A DNA stretch of 64,000 nt from Myxococcales bacterium (GTDB lineage Bacteria; Myxococcota_A; UBA9042; JABWCM01), in assembly GCA_013360285.1 (NCBI GenBank), contig JABWCM010000011.1:2422-66421 (forward strand), read 5' to 3'. The notes under the pieces were generated by a model. It searched no databases and was not told where the DNA came from. It saw only the letters and a program-made list of their open reading frames with translations. The translations under genes and the position numbers were made by a program. Positions 41,327 through 54,305 of this stretch are shown here, piece by piece (the first letter of the stretch is position 1; the number at the start of each line of letters is the position of its first letter).

Positions 41327-43111
41327 CTAACTTTCAACGAAACTTTGGAGTTTTTTGCACCGGGTTGGGTGCCGAAGTTTTCTTAGCGCTTTCGCTTCGA
41401 TTTGGCGGATTCGTTCACGTGTCACATAAAAATCTTGTCCGACTTCCTCCAGTGTGTGGTCACTTTTTTCGCCGATGCCAAATCGCATCCGGAGCACTTT
41501 TTCTTCGCGCGGGGTCAACGTCGCCAAAATTTTGCGGGTTTGTTCTTGCAAATTCATGTTGATGACCGCTTCGGAAGGACTAACAATACGTTTATCTTCA
41601 ATAAAGTCACCAAGATGGCTGTCTTCTTCTTCACCAATCGGGGTTTCAAGGGAAATAGGCTCCTTGGCGATTTTTAACACCTTTCGAACTTTGTCGATCG
41701 GCATCTCCATTTTTTCGGCAATTTCTTCCGGGCTTGGCTCTCTCCCCATTTCTTGAACCAGATATCGACTGGTGCGGATCAGTTTGTTGATGGTTTCGAT
41801 CATATGCACCGGAATCCGGATCGTTCGCGCCTGATCGGCGATCGCCCGGGTGATGGCTTGGCGAATCCACCAAGTGGCATAAGTCGAAAATTTGTAGCCA
41901 CGTTTGTATTCAAATTTGTCGACCGCCTTCATCAAACCGATGTTGCCTTCTTGGATCAGATCAAGGAACTGCAAACCCCGGTTGGTATATTTTTTGGCGA
42001 TACTGACCACCAGCCGAAGATTCGCTTCAACCAGCTCGCTTTTTGCGCGTTCGGCCTTCCGTTCTCCGTTCACAATCGCGCGGTACGTACGACGAAGGTC
42101 TTCTACGTCCAAACACGTGGTTTCCGTTACCGACTGCATCTTACGTCGTGCGTGGCGGATTCGTTTGTCTGCATCTGCGAGGTCGTCGGGCGAAAGCCCT
42201 CGTTTTGCGGCGAAAGCCAACGCGTCCTGGTTGCCCTTTTTGGTGTCCCTCACCAAATCCGTTATCTGAGCTTCCGTGAGTCTTAACTGGCGTTCGACGT
42301 CTAAAACCTCGGTTTCGGCCTTTTGAACCCGTTTCACTTCCGCCTTCAACCGCTCACCGATCCGCTCGATCTGCCGTTTGTTAAATCGTGCTTCCTTCAG
42401 CGCGGAAATCATTTCCTGACGGTTGCTGCTCAATTGTTCGTTGGCTTGTTCCAGGCTGGCGCCGACAAGTTCTCCTTTTTCGACTTGTTGCGACAACCGT
42501 TCGTTTTCTTTACGTAGCCTTCGAACCTTGCCCAACATTGCAAAAACTCGGATTCGGGCGCCTTCTTCGTCGGCGTTTCCCTCCTCGTCGTCGACGTCTC
42601 TCACCACGTCTTTGATGGTGATTTCGTTTTGTTCGAGTTTTGTTTCGATTTCAAAGAGTTCGTTGATGGCGATGTCGGTACTCATGATCACATTGAGTAC
42701 CTCCTGTTCACCTTCTTCGATTCGTTTTGCGATTTCGATTTCCCCTTCGCGGGTTAACAGGGACACCGAACCCATGCGGCGCAAATACATCCGAACGGGA
42801 TCGTTTGTTTTGCTGTAGGCGTCGGTCAGAGCGTCATCGTCTACTTCTTCACTTTTTTTCTTGATGCCGGGCTCGGGAAGGATCTTGGCCGGAGGTGCTA
42901 CCGGTGCTACAGGTCGCGGAGCCGCCTTGGCGGCCTCGAAAACAACCTCAATGCCGTTTTTGCGTATTTGGCTCAAAAAATCGTCGAGCCCGTCGGGATC
43001 AAACTCCCCTTCCGGAATCGATTGATTTAACTCGTCGTACGTCAGAAATCCTTGACGTTTTCCTTGACCAATGAGCTTTCGAAAATCTTTTTCTTCCAAC
43101 AATGCGGTCAT
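41327..43111 (-). CDS. rpoD: RNA polymerase primary sigma factor
   Basis: [36 protein letters not shown] and [16 protein letters not shown]. An alternative start at 43159 is possible. Confidence 0.97.
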   Translation of the reverse strand: MTALLEEKDFRKLIGQGKRQGFLTYDELNQSIPEGEFDPDGLDDFLSQIRKNGIEVVFEAAKAAPRPVAPVAPPAKILPEPGIKKKSEEVDDDALTDAYSKTNDPVRMYLRRMGSVSLLTREGEIEIAKRIEEGEQEVLNVIMSTDIAINELFEIETKLEQNEITIKDVVRDVDDEEGNADEEGARIRVFAMLGKVRRLRKENERLSQQVEKGELVGASLEQANEQLSSNRQEMISALKEARFNKRQIERIGERLKAEVKRVQKAETEVLDVERQLRLTEAQITDLVRDTKKGNQDALAFAAKRGLSPDDLADADKRIRHARRKMQSVTETTCLDVEDLRRTYRAIVNGERKAERAKSELVEANLRLVVSIAKKYTNRGLQFLDLIQEGNIGLMKAVDKFEYKRGYKFSTYATWWIRQAITRAIADQARTIRIPVHMIETINKLIRTSRYLVQEMGREPSPEEIAEKMEMPIDKVRKVLKIAKEPISLETPIGEEEDSHLGDFIEDKRIVSPSEAVINMNLQEQTRKILATLTPREEKVLRMRFGIGEKSDHTLEEVGQDFYVTRERIRQIEAKALRKLRHPTRCKKLQSFVES

Positions 43112-43201
43112 CTGACATCCCTGACATGTATGTCTTCGCCCATGACCTGCCGTACTCATCGGCAGATCATCTCAGGCGCAGTATCTAACCAATAACGGTC
43201 A

Positions 43202-45016
43202 CTATCTAATAAGTGGGCGGCGATGGCTCCGGCTTAGCTCGGTTAATTGGCGCATCACCTCTTTCACTTTGGCAACATCCCCTGCTCTTTCCGCCGTTTC
43301 CAAGTCATCTTGCAGCCTTTTTCGCTGATTTTTTCCATAGTCGCTTCGAATCAATTGAAGCATTTGTTCCGTATTCTTTTTTGTTGTTTCTTCGTCAAAT
43401 TTTGGCTCAGAGCACAGTGTTGCTTTTGTCCAATCGGACATCAATGAGCCCGATAGTTTACTCAACAACTCCGCGCCGTCCAATCGTCCTGTTTCTCCGT
43501 ACAGGGCAACCGCTTCCGACAGCACTTCTCGTAATCCATCATGCTCGATCCAGGTCGACTGGTCATCGACGAGAAGCAAACATGCCGGATAATGGAGGCA
43601 ACCTTCAACAAGAACACGTTCCCTGATCGACGCACGAGCCACGGGATTATTAGGCTTTGATGCAATTTGAACCACCGCTTGTTTTGCTCGCGTGGGTTCA
43701 CTCAACAACTCTCCAACCCGGGATTCCGGAAGTCTCAGGTGACTTGCAATACGGGTCACGTATAAATCCCGCTCCAGAGTATCTTTTACTTTGGAAACGT
43801 AGGTGGCCAATTCCGACAACGCCATCGCCTGAGAATGGGCGCTTCCGTCAACCTTTTGTAATGTTTGCTCAATCAGAAATTCCATTAAAGACTGCGCATG
43901 TTTTAGCAGTTGATTGAGTGCATCCGATCCGCGGGATTGAACATACGTATCCGGATCCTCTCCCTCCGGTAATACCGCGACGCGCCCGAATACGTCGGCT
44001 TCCAGCAACAAATGAAGCGCTTTCATGGATGCCGCTCGCCCGGCGATGTCCCCGTCGTACAACAAGATGACCTCGTTGACAAAACGGCGTAGCAGATGGA
44101 CCTGGGTTGTCGTCAATGCGGTTCCCATTGGCGCCACTGCGTTGCGGAAACCATACTGGTGAAGCATCAGGAGATCGATATTTCCTTCAACGATGATCGC
44201 TTTGTTGGTCGCGCGTGCGTGTTTTTTTGCCTGCGCCAACCCAAAAAGCACGTCCCCTTTGGTATAAATCGGATTGTCGGGCGAGTTAATGTATTTTGCG
44301 GCCTGGTCTTCTTCGGATCCCGGCAATTTACGGCCTCCAAACCCTATAGGTCGTTCCAGCGTATCAAAAATGGGAAAAATCAATCGGTTCCGAAACCGGT
44401 CATAATGTCCCGGCCCGTTTTTCCGGGGCAGAATAAGACCCAGTGTTTCCGCAACTTTCTGCTCCGTTGTGTTCGAACGAAACCGATCGGCCAACCACGC
44501 CCACTCCGGAGGCGCGTATCCCAGTCGAAATTCCGATACCGTTTGTTCTGTGATGTTCCGATTGGTAATATAACGCCATACAGGCGTGTCTCGCGGTTGA
44601 CCAAGCAGATTTTTGTGGAACAGCTCCATTGCGGAGCGGGTCGTCTCCAAACATTGCTCAGAAAGCGCCTGATTCGGATTTCGTTTGTGGGCGTTAAAAT
44701 CCCTACCGTCAGCAGCCCTGTCTTTCTTGAGTTCGATTCCGGCACGCGTTGCCAACAAAGCCAGTGCTTCCCGAAACGTCATGCCGTTGTGTTTTCGAAG
44801 AAACTCAATCGCATCGCCGTGTTCACCGCAGCCGAAGCAGTGAAAAAAACCCTGTTCTTCGTTCACGGTAAACGACGGGGTTTTTTCCTGGTGGAATGGG
44901 CAAAGTCCTTTGTACCGTACGCCCATTTTTTTTAGCGTAACAAATTCTCCGATCAGCCTAACTGTGCTTGTTCGCGCAAGAATTTCGCGCACTTCTTGAT
45001 CTGGTCCGGATGTCAT
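43202..45016 (-). CDS. dnaG: DNA primase
   Basis: CPFHQEKTPSF...CFGC zinc finger, KYINSP and TOPRIM VEG...YDGD; directly upstream of rpoD. Confidence 0.97.
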   Translation of the reverse strand: MTSGPDQEVREILARTSTVRLIGEFVTLKKMGVRYKGLCPFHQEKTPSFTVNEEQGFFHCFGCGEHGDAIEFLRKHNGMTFREALALLATRAGIELKKDRAADGRDFNAHKRNPNQALSEQCLETTRSAMELFHKNLLGQPRDTPVWRYITNRNITEQTVSEFRLGYAPPEWAWLADRFRSNTTEQKVAETLGLILPRKNGPGHYDRFRNRLIFPIFDTLERPIGFGGRKLPGSEEDQAAKYINSPDNPIYTKGDVLFGLAQAKKHARATNKAIIVEGNIDLLMLHQYGFRNAVAPMGTALTTTQVHLLRRFVNEVILLYDGDIAGRAASMKALHLLLEADVFGRVAVLPEGEDPDTYVQSRGSDALNQLLKHAQSLMEFLIEQTLQKVDGSAHSQAMALSELATYVSKVKDTLERDLYVTRIASHLRLPESRVGELLSEPTRAKQAVVQIASKPNNPVARASIRERVLVEGCLHYPACLLLVDDQSTWIEHDGLREVLSEAVALYGETGRLDGAELLSKLSGSLMSDWTKATLCSEPKFDEETTKKNTEQMLQLIRSDYGKNQRKRLQDDLETAERAGDVAKVKEVMRQLTELSRSHRRPLIR

Positions 45017-45107
45017 ATTCTGGTTGCCGAAATGCGGCGGGAAACGGATCTCGACCGGTTGTTAACCCGGATTTCTGTCATAACACGAATTCTGGTGAGA
45101 ATCCGGA

Positions 45108-45740
45108 TTAAGGGGACATGAACACGCTCAAAAGACCCATCGGTAATCCCATATCGCCGGCAAGCTGGATTCGTCCTTGCATAAACGCCTGCTGAAGATT
45201 GGTCTGACCTGTCAGTGATCCAAGCCAGTCGTTCAACAGAATCGTTAATTTAGCGCGAGGATTTGTTAAATTTGGCTTATCGCCGCCAATCGTAATCGTC
45301 AGCAGATATTTGTTCAGCTCCTCTCGGTCATCGATTTCCAACTGTAAGTCGCCGGCAAATTGACGTAGCCGGGAAAACTGATCCTGACTCAGGAACAACT
45401 TTCCGAATATCGATGGGTTGTACAGCGCTTCGGCTTTTGCGCGCCCGCCCAAAATATCGACCGCGCGATCCCGAACCGAACCAAACATCAATTCACGCCA
45501 GTCGTCTTCGGTGATCGACAGGTGCAGCACCGCCCCTGTGATATGTCCCGAACGTATTGTGACCGTTTGTCCGTCCACGCCGATGGACCACGACCCTCCA
45601 TTCTCACCGTGAACATGTACCAGACAGCGTTGTGGGCTTGCGTGTGGTGGCACCGGAATACGCGAGAGTTCCGACGGCAGGATGGTATCGAAAAATTGAA
45701 TCGGTGTGGTGTCGTCGGGCAGATCGAACAATGTGATCAT
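45108..45740 (-). CDS. SCP2 sterol-binding domain protein
   Basis: C-terminal NLQQAFMQGRIQLAGDMGL; probably tandem SCP2-like domains. Confidence 0.7.
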   Translation of the reverse strand: MITLFDLPDDTTPIQFFDTILPSELSRIPVPPHASPQRCLVHVHGENGGSWSIGVDGQTVTIRSGHITGAVLHLSITEDDWRELMFGSVRDRAVDILGGRAKAEALYNPSIFGKLFLSQDQFSRLRQFAGDLQLEIDDREELNKYLLTITIGGDKPNLTNPRAKLTILLNDWLGSLTGQTNLQQAFMQGRIQLAGDMGLPMGLLSVFMSP

Positions 45741-45942
45741 CGGGTCACTCCTTACTTTGCATGAATCGTTTGTAGCCGCGTTACAACGTGACGGTCGCAT
45801 TCTCCGAAAGCCGTCCTTTCTGTCAAGGACTGAATCTTCGTATCGAACGAACTTTCCGGTCGTACAGTGGTCATTGGCGAAAAAATGGCTTATTGCGGAT
45901 AACGGCTACAAAGACACTTTTGATCGAGCGGAGGCTACAACG

Positions 45943-46782
45943 ATGACAAATCCTGAACCCAAAGTGGTACTTAGCATTGCGGGCAGTGACAGCGGAGGCG
46001 GCGCGGGGATTCAGGCGGATATCAAAACAATCGAAGCGCACGGTGCGTTTGCGATGACGGCTGTCACCGCCGTTACCGCACAAAATTCCCGCGGTGTTCA
46101 AGGAATCTTTTCCATATCACCCGAAATGCTTCGTAAACAGATTCAGAGTGTATTTGATGACTTTCCGGTCGCAGCGGTGAAAACGGGTATGTTGTACTCC
46201 TCGGCACATATTCGTGTTGTGGTTGAAGAGCTGGCGCGTCATTCCGATGTCCCAATCGTGGTTGATCCGGTGATGGTCGCCAAAGGAGGCGCTTCGCTTT
46301 TGGATGATGATTCGGTGGATGATTTGGTTGAGCGACTGATTCCGATGGCAGCAGTCGTGACGCCAAATATTCCGGAAGCTTGCCGAATTCTCCGAATGAG
46401 GCGAATTTCGAGCATCGAAGAGCGCCGTCTCGCCGCATCGCTCCTTCATCGTATGGGAAGCAAGGCGGTGGTAATAAAAGGTGGGCACTTGGACGGCAAA
46501 GCAACGGACTTGCTCTATGATGGTCGTCAATTTCGCGACATGAGCGAAGAAAGAGTGACTACAAAGCATACTCATGGAACCGGATGCGCATTTTCCGCGG
46601 CAATTGCTTCCAATCTCGCGTATGGAAAAGATGCCGCTGCTGCGGTTGTCGCGTCGAAGCAGTACGTGCACAATGCGCTCCTCAACGTGCCGGGTTTGGG
46701 GTCCGGCCATGGTCCCCTTGGTTTTTTTCACCGCCTGGCGCCCATTCGACTTGTTTCCGCCGATGACGCGGCGCTTTTGTGA
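45943..46782 (+). CDS. thiD: Hydroxymethylpyrimidine/phosphomethylpyrimidine kinase
   Basis: SIAGSDSGGGAGIQAD, VKTGML, DPVMV, TPNIPEA and HTHGTGC. Confidence 0.95.
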   Translation: MTNPEPKVVLSIAGSDSGGGAGIQADIKTIEAHGAFAMTAVTAVTAQNSRGVQGIFSISPEMLRKQIQSVFDDFPVAAVKTGMLYSSAHIRVVVEELARHSDVPIVVDPVMVAKGGASLLDDDSVDDLVERLIPMAAVVTPNIPEACRILRMRRISSIEERRLAASLLHRMGSKAVVIKGGHLDGKATDLLYDGRQFRDMSEERVTTKHTHGTGCAFSAAIASNLAYGKDAAAAVVASKQYVHNALLNVPGLGSGHGPLGFFHRLAPIRLVSADDAALL

Positions 46783-46789
46783 GGAAATA

Positions 46790-47557
46790 ATGAATATTCA
46801 AGATCTGGCAGTAATTGTCACCGGTGGTGCTTCCGGTATGGGAAAACATTTTACGCTTCGGTTGGCCGAAGGTGGCGCCAATGTGTTGGCCGTAGATGTC
46901 AACCAGGAAGCATTGGCCGTGCTTACACAAGAAGGTGCCGGCAAAGCAGGAACCATTGCGACTCGAGTATGCAACGTTGCCAACGAAGAAGACGTCGTGA
47001 GCGCGGTAAACGACTGCGTGACGCGGTTTGGCAAAATCAACGGCGTAGTCAACAATGCGGGGATTTTCCGGGATGCGTTGTTGGTAAAGCCCGACAAAGA
47101 TACGGGCCGGGTACAGCGAATGAGCTTAAAACATTGGCAAGCCGTTATCGACGTGGATTTGACCGGGCCATTTTTGTTCGCCCGTGAAGTCGCTGCGGCG
47201 ATGGTCGAAAATGGTTGGAAACCCGGGGTGATTGTCAATATCAGCTCGGTGAGTCGCCACGGCAACGCCGGGCAGGGGAACTACAGCGCCGCAAAAGCGG
47301 GACTCGTTGCCGACACCAAGTTATGGGCAACGGAACTCGCCCGATATGGAATCAGGGTTGGCGCAGTGGCTCCTGGCTTCGTAGACACCCCAATCCTCCA
47401 GGGAATGCGCCCTGAGGTATTGGACAAGATGTTGGCAGGTGTTCCGCTTCGGCGTGTAGGGACGCCCGAAGAGATTTATCGCGCCATTCAGTTTATCATC
47501 GAATGTGATTACTTTACCGGCCGATGTATCGATGTAGACGGCGGTTTGACCATGTGA
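46790..47557 (+). CDS. SDR family oxidoreductase (FabG-like)
   Basis: TGGASGMG, NNAGI and YSAAK. Confidence 0.9.
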   Translation: MNIQDLAVIVTGGASGMGKHFTLRLAEGGANVLAVDVNQEALAVLTQEGAGKAGTIATRVCNVANEEDVVSAVNDCVTRFGKINGVVNNAGIFRDALLVKPDKDTGRVQRMSLKHWQAVIDVDLTGPFLFAREVAAAMVENGWKPGVIVNISSVSRHGNAGQGNYSAAKAGLVADTKLWATELARYGIRVGAVAPGFVDTPILQGMRPEVLDKMLAGVPLRRVGTPEEIYRAIQFIIECDYFTGRCIDVDGGLTM

Positions 47558-47582
47558 AATGGTTCACCTCGTGGGCGATTCG

Positions 47583-48134
47583 TCAGGGACAGGGAACTTT
47601 TCTCAGTTCTGCCCATCTCGCCCCAAATCCGTCTTTTTGGGATATCGCTCGTTCGTGTGCCGCTTGAATCGTTTTTGCCCACGACGCACTCGTATACCCA
47701 AACGTTTCCCAGATACGAAAAACGGCTTCTTGATTCCCACGTTTCTGTGCGCAGTAAACGAGACGAACGGCTCTCAACAACACCTCATCCGGATCTTCGT
47801 CGGTGGGTAGTGGTGGCGCGGTATCCGTTTGTGGTCTGGAAAGGGTTTCGGTGATTAATCCGGGATTGGGAGCCAACGGTTCGTTGTGGTTTGACCCGAC
47901 AAGAGATGTCATTTGGGTGTCGGGTGACGACAGATGGTCTGTTTCAGGATCCGGGGATGTCTTTTTCGCGGTCTCGGTATCGTTTATCTGTCGTGATTTT
48001 GGTAGGTCATCTTGGAATTTTTTGCAATTTGACTGCAAAAATGGGCAAAAAACGAAAACAACAAGAAAAATGAACCGCGCAGCGACTCCAAACTTGTACC
48101 ATGAGGTTTGCTGTGCGGGGGGGGACTCGTTCAT
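47583..48134 (-). CDS. Hypothetical exported protein or lipoprotein
   Basis: Hydrophobic N-terminus followed by CKK; C-terminal domain resembles that of 50580-51032 (YCAQKR). Confidence 0.6.
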   Translation of the reverse strand: MNESPPAQQTSWYKFGVAARFIFLVVFVFCPFLQSNCKKFQDDLPKSRQINDTETAKKTSPDPETDHLSSPDTQMTSLVGSNHNEPLAPNPGLITETLSRPQTDTAPPLPTDEDPDEVLLRAVRLVYCAQKRGNQEAVFRIWETFGYTSASWAKTIQAAHERAISQKDGFGARWAELRKVPCP

Positions 48135-48225
48135 TTTCCTACTCCAGACCCCCTATCCGACCCTAACCCACCCGATGTGGTTTGTGCCACATTCCCCCGT
48201 TGCGCCCCAATGGTCCAAGCGGTAG

Positions 48226-49584
<1,359 letters not shown>

Positions 49585-49653
49585 AGTTTAGCTATTCGTT
49601 TGTTTACATTAAATGCAACTCATCGCTGTCGAAAGGGTTGAGGTAAACCGCCA

Positions 49654-50442
49654 ATGGAAACCAATGATACGATCGGGGTTGTATTATCCCAGCAAAATAA
49701 CGGTGTGTTGACGTTGACCATCAATCGGCCGGATCGCCGTAATGCCTTGTCCGATGAAGTGGTTGGGGCGTTGAAAGCGGCCGTCGAATCTGCACGTGTG
49801 GATCCAACTGTGCGTGTCATTGTGATTACGGGTTCCGGCGACCGGGCGTTTTGCGCCGGCGGAGATTTAAGCCCGGGCAGCGGCGGTTTGTTGCAGCGCC
49901 ATGACCAACGCGGCGGTTTTGTAGAGTTGTTACAAGCACTCTGGCGGGTCGGTAAACCGACGGTGGCCCGCGTAAACGGGCATGCGTTGGGCGGAGGGTT
50001 CGGACTGGTGTTGGCATGCGATTTGGCGGTTGCAACTGATTCTGCGGTGCTCGGAACGCCGGAAATCGATGTGGGGTTGTTTCCCATGATGATCATGGCG
50101 CTTATCCACCGTTCGTTGCCGCCAAAACGGACGTTGGAGATGATGTTGATGGGTCGGCGAATCGGTGCGGCCCAGGCGTACGATTGGGGGCTCGTCAACG
50201 CCGTGGTTCCTGCATCGGAATTGGATACCCAAGTTGCTGAAATCACGACGCGCCTTTGTTCGGTGAGCCCGGCGATTCTTCGTTTGGGGCTCGAATCGTA
50301 TCACACCATGGCCGACATGCATCAAGACGAAGCGCTTCGATTTTTGCAAAGCCAATTGACGATCAACACGTTATGCGACGATGCCGCCGAAGGGGTGGGC
50401 GCGTTTTTGGCGAAACGGCCACCGGAATGGAAGGGGAGATAA
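49654..50442 (+). CDS. Enoyl-CoA hydratase/isomerase family protein
   Basis: NRPDRRNAL, AFCAGGDL, ALGGG and TPEIDVG. Confidence 0.92.
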   Translation: METNDTIGVVLSQQNNGVLTLTINRPDRRNALSDEVVGALKAAVESARVDPTVRVIVITGSGDRAFCAGGDLSPGSGGLLQRHDQRGGFVELLQALWRVGKPTVARVNGHALGGGFGLVLACDLAVATDSAVLGTPEIDVGLFPMMIMALIHRSLPPKRTLEMMLMGRRIGAAQAYDWGLVNAVVPASELDTQVAEITTRLCSVSPAILRLGLESYHTMADMHQDEALRFLQSQLTINTLCDDAAEGVGAFLAKRPPEWKGR

Positions 50443-50579
50443 ATCCACCGGGGTCGGTTTGTGGATGGCAACGATCCGATGTTGTCATTTGCCGCGTGAA
50501 AAGCGATTGCGGCAAAAAAAAACTTCACTTAAAATTAGCCGCTGTTTTGGGGGAAACCTTTCAAATCTGGGAGTTTTGG

Positions 50580-51032
50580 ATGCGAGCGTTTGGAATGACA
50601 CGAAGTTATGTTGCTGGTTTGTTCATTTTGGGTTTGGTTTTGCCCACCGGATGCAAAAAAGAGGAACCGAAACCCGAAAGTAGCCCCGCTGTAGAGGCTA
50701 CAAAACCCGAAGAAAAGGCCGAAACGCCGACCGAACCCCCTCCCGCTGCTGAGCCCGAGGCAACTCCAAAACCGACCGAAGAGGTCGCGGCCGAAAAACC
50801 GGACGCCGGCAACAAAAAAGACAAACTCGCCACCGCGTTTGCCGAGCTGTATTGTGCCCAACGCCGTAACGATGCGACCAATCTGTTGGAGCTCTACAAA
50901 AAACACGGTTTTGAATCACCGGCGGTTTTTTCCAAAGAATGGGACAAAACCGCAACCGATGATTCCGAGTGGGCGGAAACCGTTGTTTCCGGGGCTATGG
51001 CGTCGGATTGTGCGCCGCCGGCAAACCCATAG
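50580..51032 (+). CDS. Hypothetical lipoprotein
   Basis: Lipobox LPTGCKK, Pro/Glu/Ala linker and a C-terminal YCAQRR domain. Confidence 0.7.
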   Translation: MRAFGMTRSYVAGLFILGLVLPTGCKKEEPKPESSPAVEATKPEEKAETPTEPPPAAEPEATPKPTEEVAAEKPDAGNKKDKLATAFAELYCAQRRNDATNLLELYKKHGFESPAVFSKEWDKTATDDSEWAETVVSGAMASDCAPPANP

Positions 51033-51049
51033 GTGGTAACAAACTCAGA

Positions 51050-51211
51050 GAGTTTGTGAAAAAATAGCTGAACGGACTTGGACGGATGCTTTTGTCCCCG
51101 CTGCCCAGAAAAAAACCTGCGCCATATTCCCGATATGACTCGGTTTTTTTTCCGGGCATCGGGACCAAAATCCTCGCGTCCAAATCCGTCCCCATATTTT
51201 TTCACAAACTC
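51050..51211 (+). repeat. 162-bp element, copy 7
   Basis: GAGTTTGTGAAAAAATAG...ATATTTTTTCACAAACTC with the conserved core; overlaps the comEC stop codon. Confidence 0.88.
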
Positions 51212-53606
51212 AATCCCCGTCGTTTTTCCAAAGCCGTACCCCGTCGGATTCCAGGGTGACCGCGCCGTCTACGTCGGTTCGGAGCACTTCTGTCCCATGT
51301 TGTTTCCATCGTGTGAGCACCTCTTCGTCCGGCAAACCGTGGGCTCCGTGTTGATTACAGGACACGATTGCCAACGATGCTCCGGTTGCCCGAATAAACG
51401 CGGTGGAACTGGATGTTTTGGATCCGTGGTGGGCTACCTTGACAACATCTGCCGTTAACTTACCCGGATCATGAAGCAACCATTCTTCCCCTGCTTGCTC
51501 GATATCCCCCGTAAACAAAAACCGATGTCGACCGTAGCCGATTCGCAGCACCAAAGACCGGTTGTTTTCGGACCAATTTGCAGTCCGGGTTGAATCAGGT
51601 GGAGCCAACGTCTCGATTGTGCACTCCCCCAGGCCAAACCGGGGATCCAACGTTGCTGCAAAAGGGTCGAGCCCTCGGAAAATCGCCGTACTAAGCAGCA
51701 CCCATTGCAGGGGCGACGCGGTAAGTTGCCCATTCCACCACAGATGCTCGACATCGCGCCTTTGTAATACTGTTACCAAACCACCGATGTGGTCCAAATC
51801 GGCGTGGGTGTTGACAACCGCAGACAAAGACGAGATTCCGAGTGCATGCAACGACGGCACAACCGCGTATCGACCCATTCCCGTGGGGTCGCGATGGGTA
51901 CCGCCGGCATCGATCACGATGGGTGCTGCGCCGGGGCACTCGACGATGGCTGCATCCCCATGACCGACATCCAGATAGGTGATTCGAAGTCTGTCGATGG
52001 GTTTGGATTGAAAAACGAGCCAAATGACCCCAACGATACATACAACCCACGCAGTCAATCGAATACTTCGATGGCGATCGGTCCCCGAAAGCACAACGAA
52101 CACCGCGATGGTGGTCAATAACAACCACACACCGCTGGGGCGGCCTACCACCATGGTTTCCGACAAAAAAATCAACCGGTCCAACAATCCAAACAACCCG
52201 CCGTTGGCCCACTCAATCAGTTGCAGACCTACCGATTCACCCCAAGGCCACCCAATCAATACAAAGGTCAATCCCAATACCGAGCACGGCATCCAAAACA
52301 GGGTCACATAGGGTACGACGACCGCGTTGATGAGCGGGGCGCCGAGTGAAACAAAACCAAAATGATAAATCGATATCGGTGCGGTGGCGATCCATGCCGC
52401 AAAGCAGGAACACAGTGTTCCCAAGACCCAGCGTCGTATTCGATTTTGATGGGCGTCGTCCCAGCCGAGTTTCTGATAAAGAAATGACACGGTTGGCGCC
52501 GAGATCAAAAGGCCAAAGACGGCCGCAAAACTCAGTTGGAACGACGCCCCCCACACTTCCGCCGGCTCCCAGATGGCAATGGTCAAAGCGGCCGCGGCCC
52601 ACCAAGATAAGGTGTCGTGATCGTGATCCCGTAAAGCGGCCCATGCGAGCAACGCGATCATACAGCAGGCCCGAACCGTAGGGATATGAGAACCAGTCAA
52701 CAGGGTAAACAGGATACATCCAATGGTTGTGACCACCCAGGCCAACTTGTTGGCGGTACCGCGTAACAACAATCCGGTAAACCGGTTCAAGAGTCGTCGA
52801 CAACAAAAAAAGAGCAGCATGGCGACCCAGGCCATGTGTAATCCGGAAATCGCCAACAGGTGGGACGTGCCGGTGTCGGCGAATCGATCGCGTAATTCCG
52901 GGGTGATGTCACGAGCGGCACCGAGCAACATGGCGATGGTGACCGAATAAGCATCCGCCGACAAACCTTGGTGTAATCGTTGAATCAATCCGGTCCGTGC
53001 GCTGTGCCCACACCTGTCCGAGTCACCATCGGCATAACAAACCAGACCGGTGGTCGTGTCGACACCGATTCCGACTTTGGGGTTGGCATAGGGATTGCCA
53101 AGAAAACCTGGATTGGTCTGCTGGTTTGGCAACAGGGGGTGTCCAAGAAACAGCACCCGGCTTTGAGGTTGGGCATCAGGAAGATCGCCGTGGCCGTACA
53201 ACACGACGTTTTGGTTGGGAAAACCGACATCATTCCAGACGACGGTAGCGTCGACACTCCAGCCGTCGTTTGTTCGTGGGTCGAAGTCTCCGGTTAATAT
53301 GGCAACAAATCGGCCGGTGGGCCAAGGTTCCGCCCGTGGGGCATCGGGCTCCGAGTCGGCAGGTGACGGCACCCAAACCCAAGCCGTAAAGGTGGCCAAC
53401 CCAAACGCCAGAGGAATCACGATCATGTGGGGACGACGGTACCAGACGGCAACCAAGGCGACATAGGCTGTCAGCAAGATCCACAAAAACACCACGACGG
53501 TGTAAAGAACCCAACTGGTTTCAGCAACATATAAACTACCCAAAAAGGTGAATGTCACAGCCAACAGTGGACGTTTCCGAATCTGTTCAAACAACCCGCC
53601 GATCAT
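51210..53606 (-). CDS. comEC: Competence protein ComEC/Rec2
   Basis: HLLAISGLH and SFQLSF; metallo-beta-lactamase domain DVGHGD, THADLDHIGG and HHGS. Confidence 0.93.
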   Translation of the reverse strand: MIGGLFEQIRKRPLLAVTFTFLGSLYVAETSWVLYTVVVFLWILLTAYVALVAVWYRRPHMIVIPLAFGLATFTAWVWVPSPADSEPDAPRAEPWPTGRFVAILTGDFDPRTNDGWSVDATVVWNDVGFPNQNVVLYGHGDLPDAQPQSRVLFLGHPLLPNQQTNPGFLGNPYANPKVGIGVDTTTGLVCYADGDSDRCGHSARTGLIQRLHQGLSADAYSVTIAMLLGAARDITPELRDRFADTGTSHLLAISGLHMAWVAMLLFFCCRRLLNRFTGLLLRGTANKLAWVVTTIGCILFTLLTGSHIPTVRACCMIALLAWAALRDHDHDTLSWWAAAALTIAIWEPAEVWGASFQLSFAAVFGLLISAPTVSFLYQKLGWDDAHQNRIRRWVLGTLCSCFAAWIATAPISIYHFGFVSLGAPLINAVVVPYVTLFWMPCSVLGLTFVLIGWPWGESVGLQLIEWANGGLFGLLDRLIFLSETMVVGRPSGVWLLLTTIAVFVVLSGTDRHRSIRLTAWVVCIVGVIWLVFQSKPIDRLRITYLDVGHGDAAIVECPGAAPIVIDAGGTHRDPTGMGRYAVVPSLHALGISSLSAVVNTHADLDHIGGLVTVLQRRDVEHLWWNGQLTASPLQWVLLSTAIFRGLDPFAATLDPRFGLGECTIETLAPPDSTRTANWSENNRSLVLRIGYGRHRFLFTGDIEQAGEEWLLHDPGKLTADVVKVAHHGSKTSSSTAFIRATGASLAIVSCNQHGAHGLPDEEVLTRWKQHGTEVLRTDVDGAVTLESDGVRLWKNDGD

Positions 53607-53697
53607 CGGTTTAGCCTCCGCATAGTGATGGGGCATGCCAGCGTTCGAATCAGCGGTTTTTCGGTTGCCCCCAAGGTGTGTTATGGTCGCGCCCTGA

Positions 53698-54060
<363 letters not shown>

Positions 54061-54305
54061 CTCCAAATTCACTAATTTAAGCATCAACCATCGGAAGGAC
54101 CTGGCACCACCTGGAGCTATGACAAGGATTTGACCGAACTGCCGCCATCGCCGTCGGCGGATTGGTTCAAAAAAATAGCGGCTTGCCCGATAAAAAAATA
54201 TTTTCGCAATCAATGTGACATAATTTGGAAACATTCTTCAGGTGAAGTGTGCCTCGTTCGACGCTGAAAATGGTTTTGGCGTGATTTCAACGATGAGGTG
54301 ACAAG

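Noticed and set aside
54061-54305. Sigma-54 or NtrC sites upstream of glnA
   Set aside because: TGGCAC (~54102) and TTGGCG (~54276) lack GC at the required 10-nt spacing.
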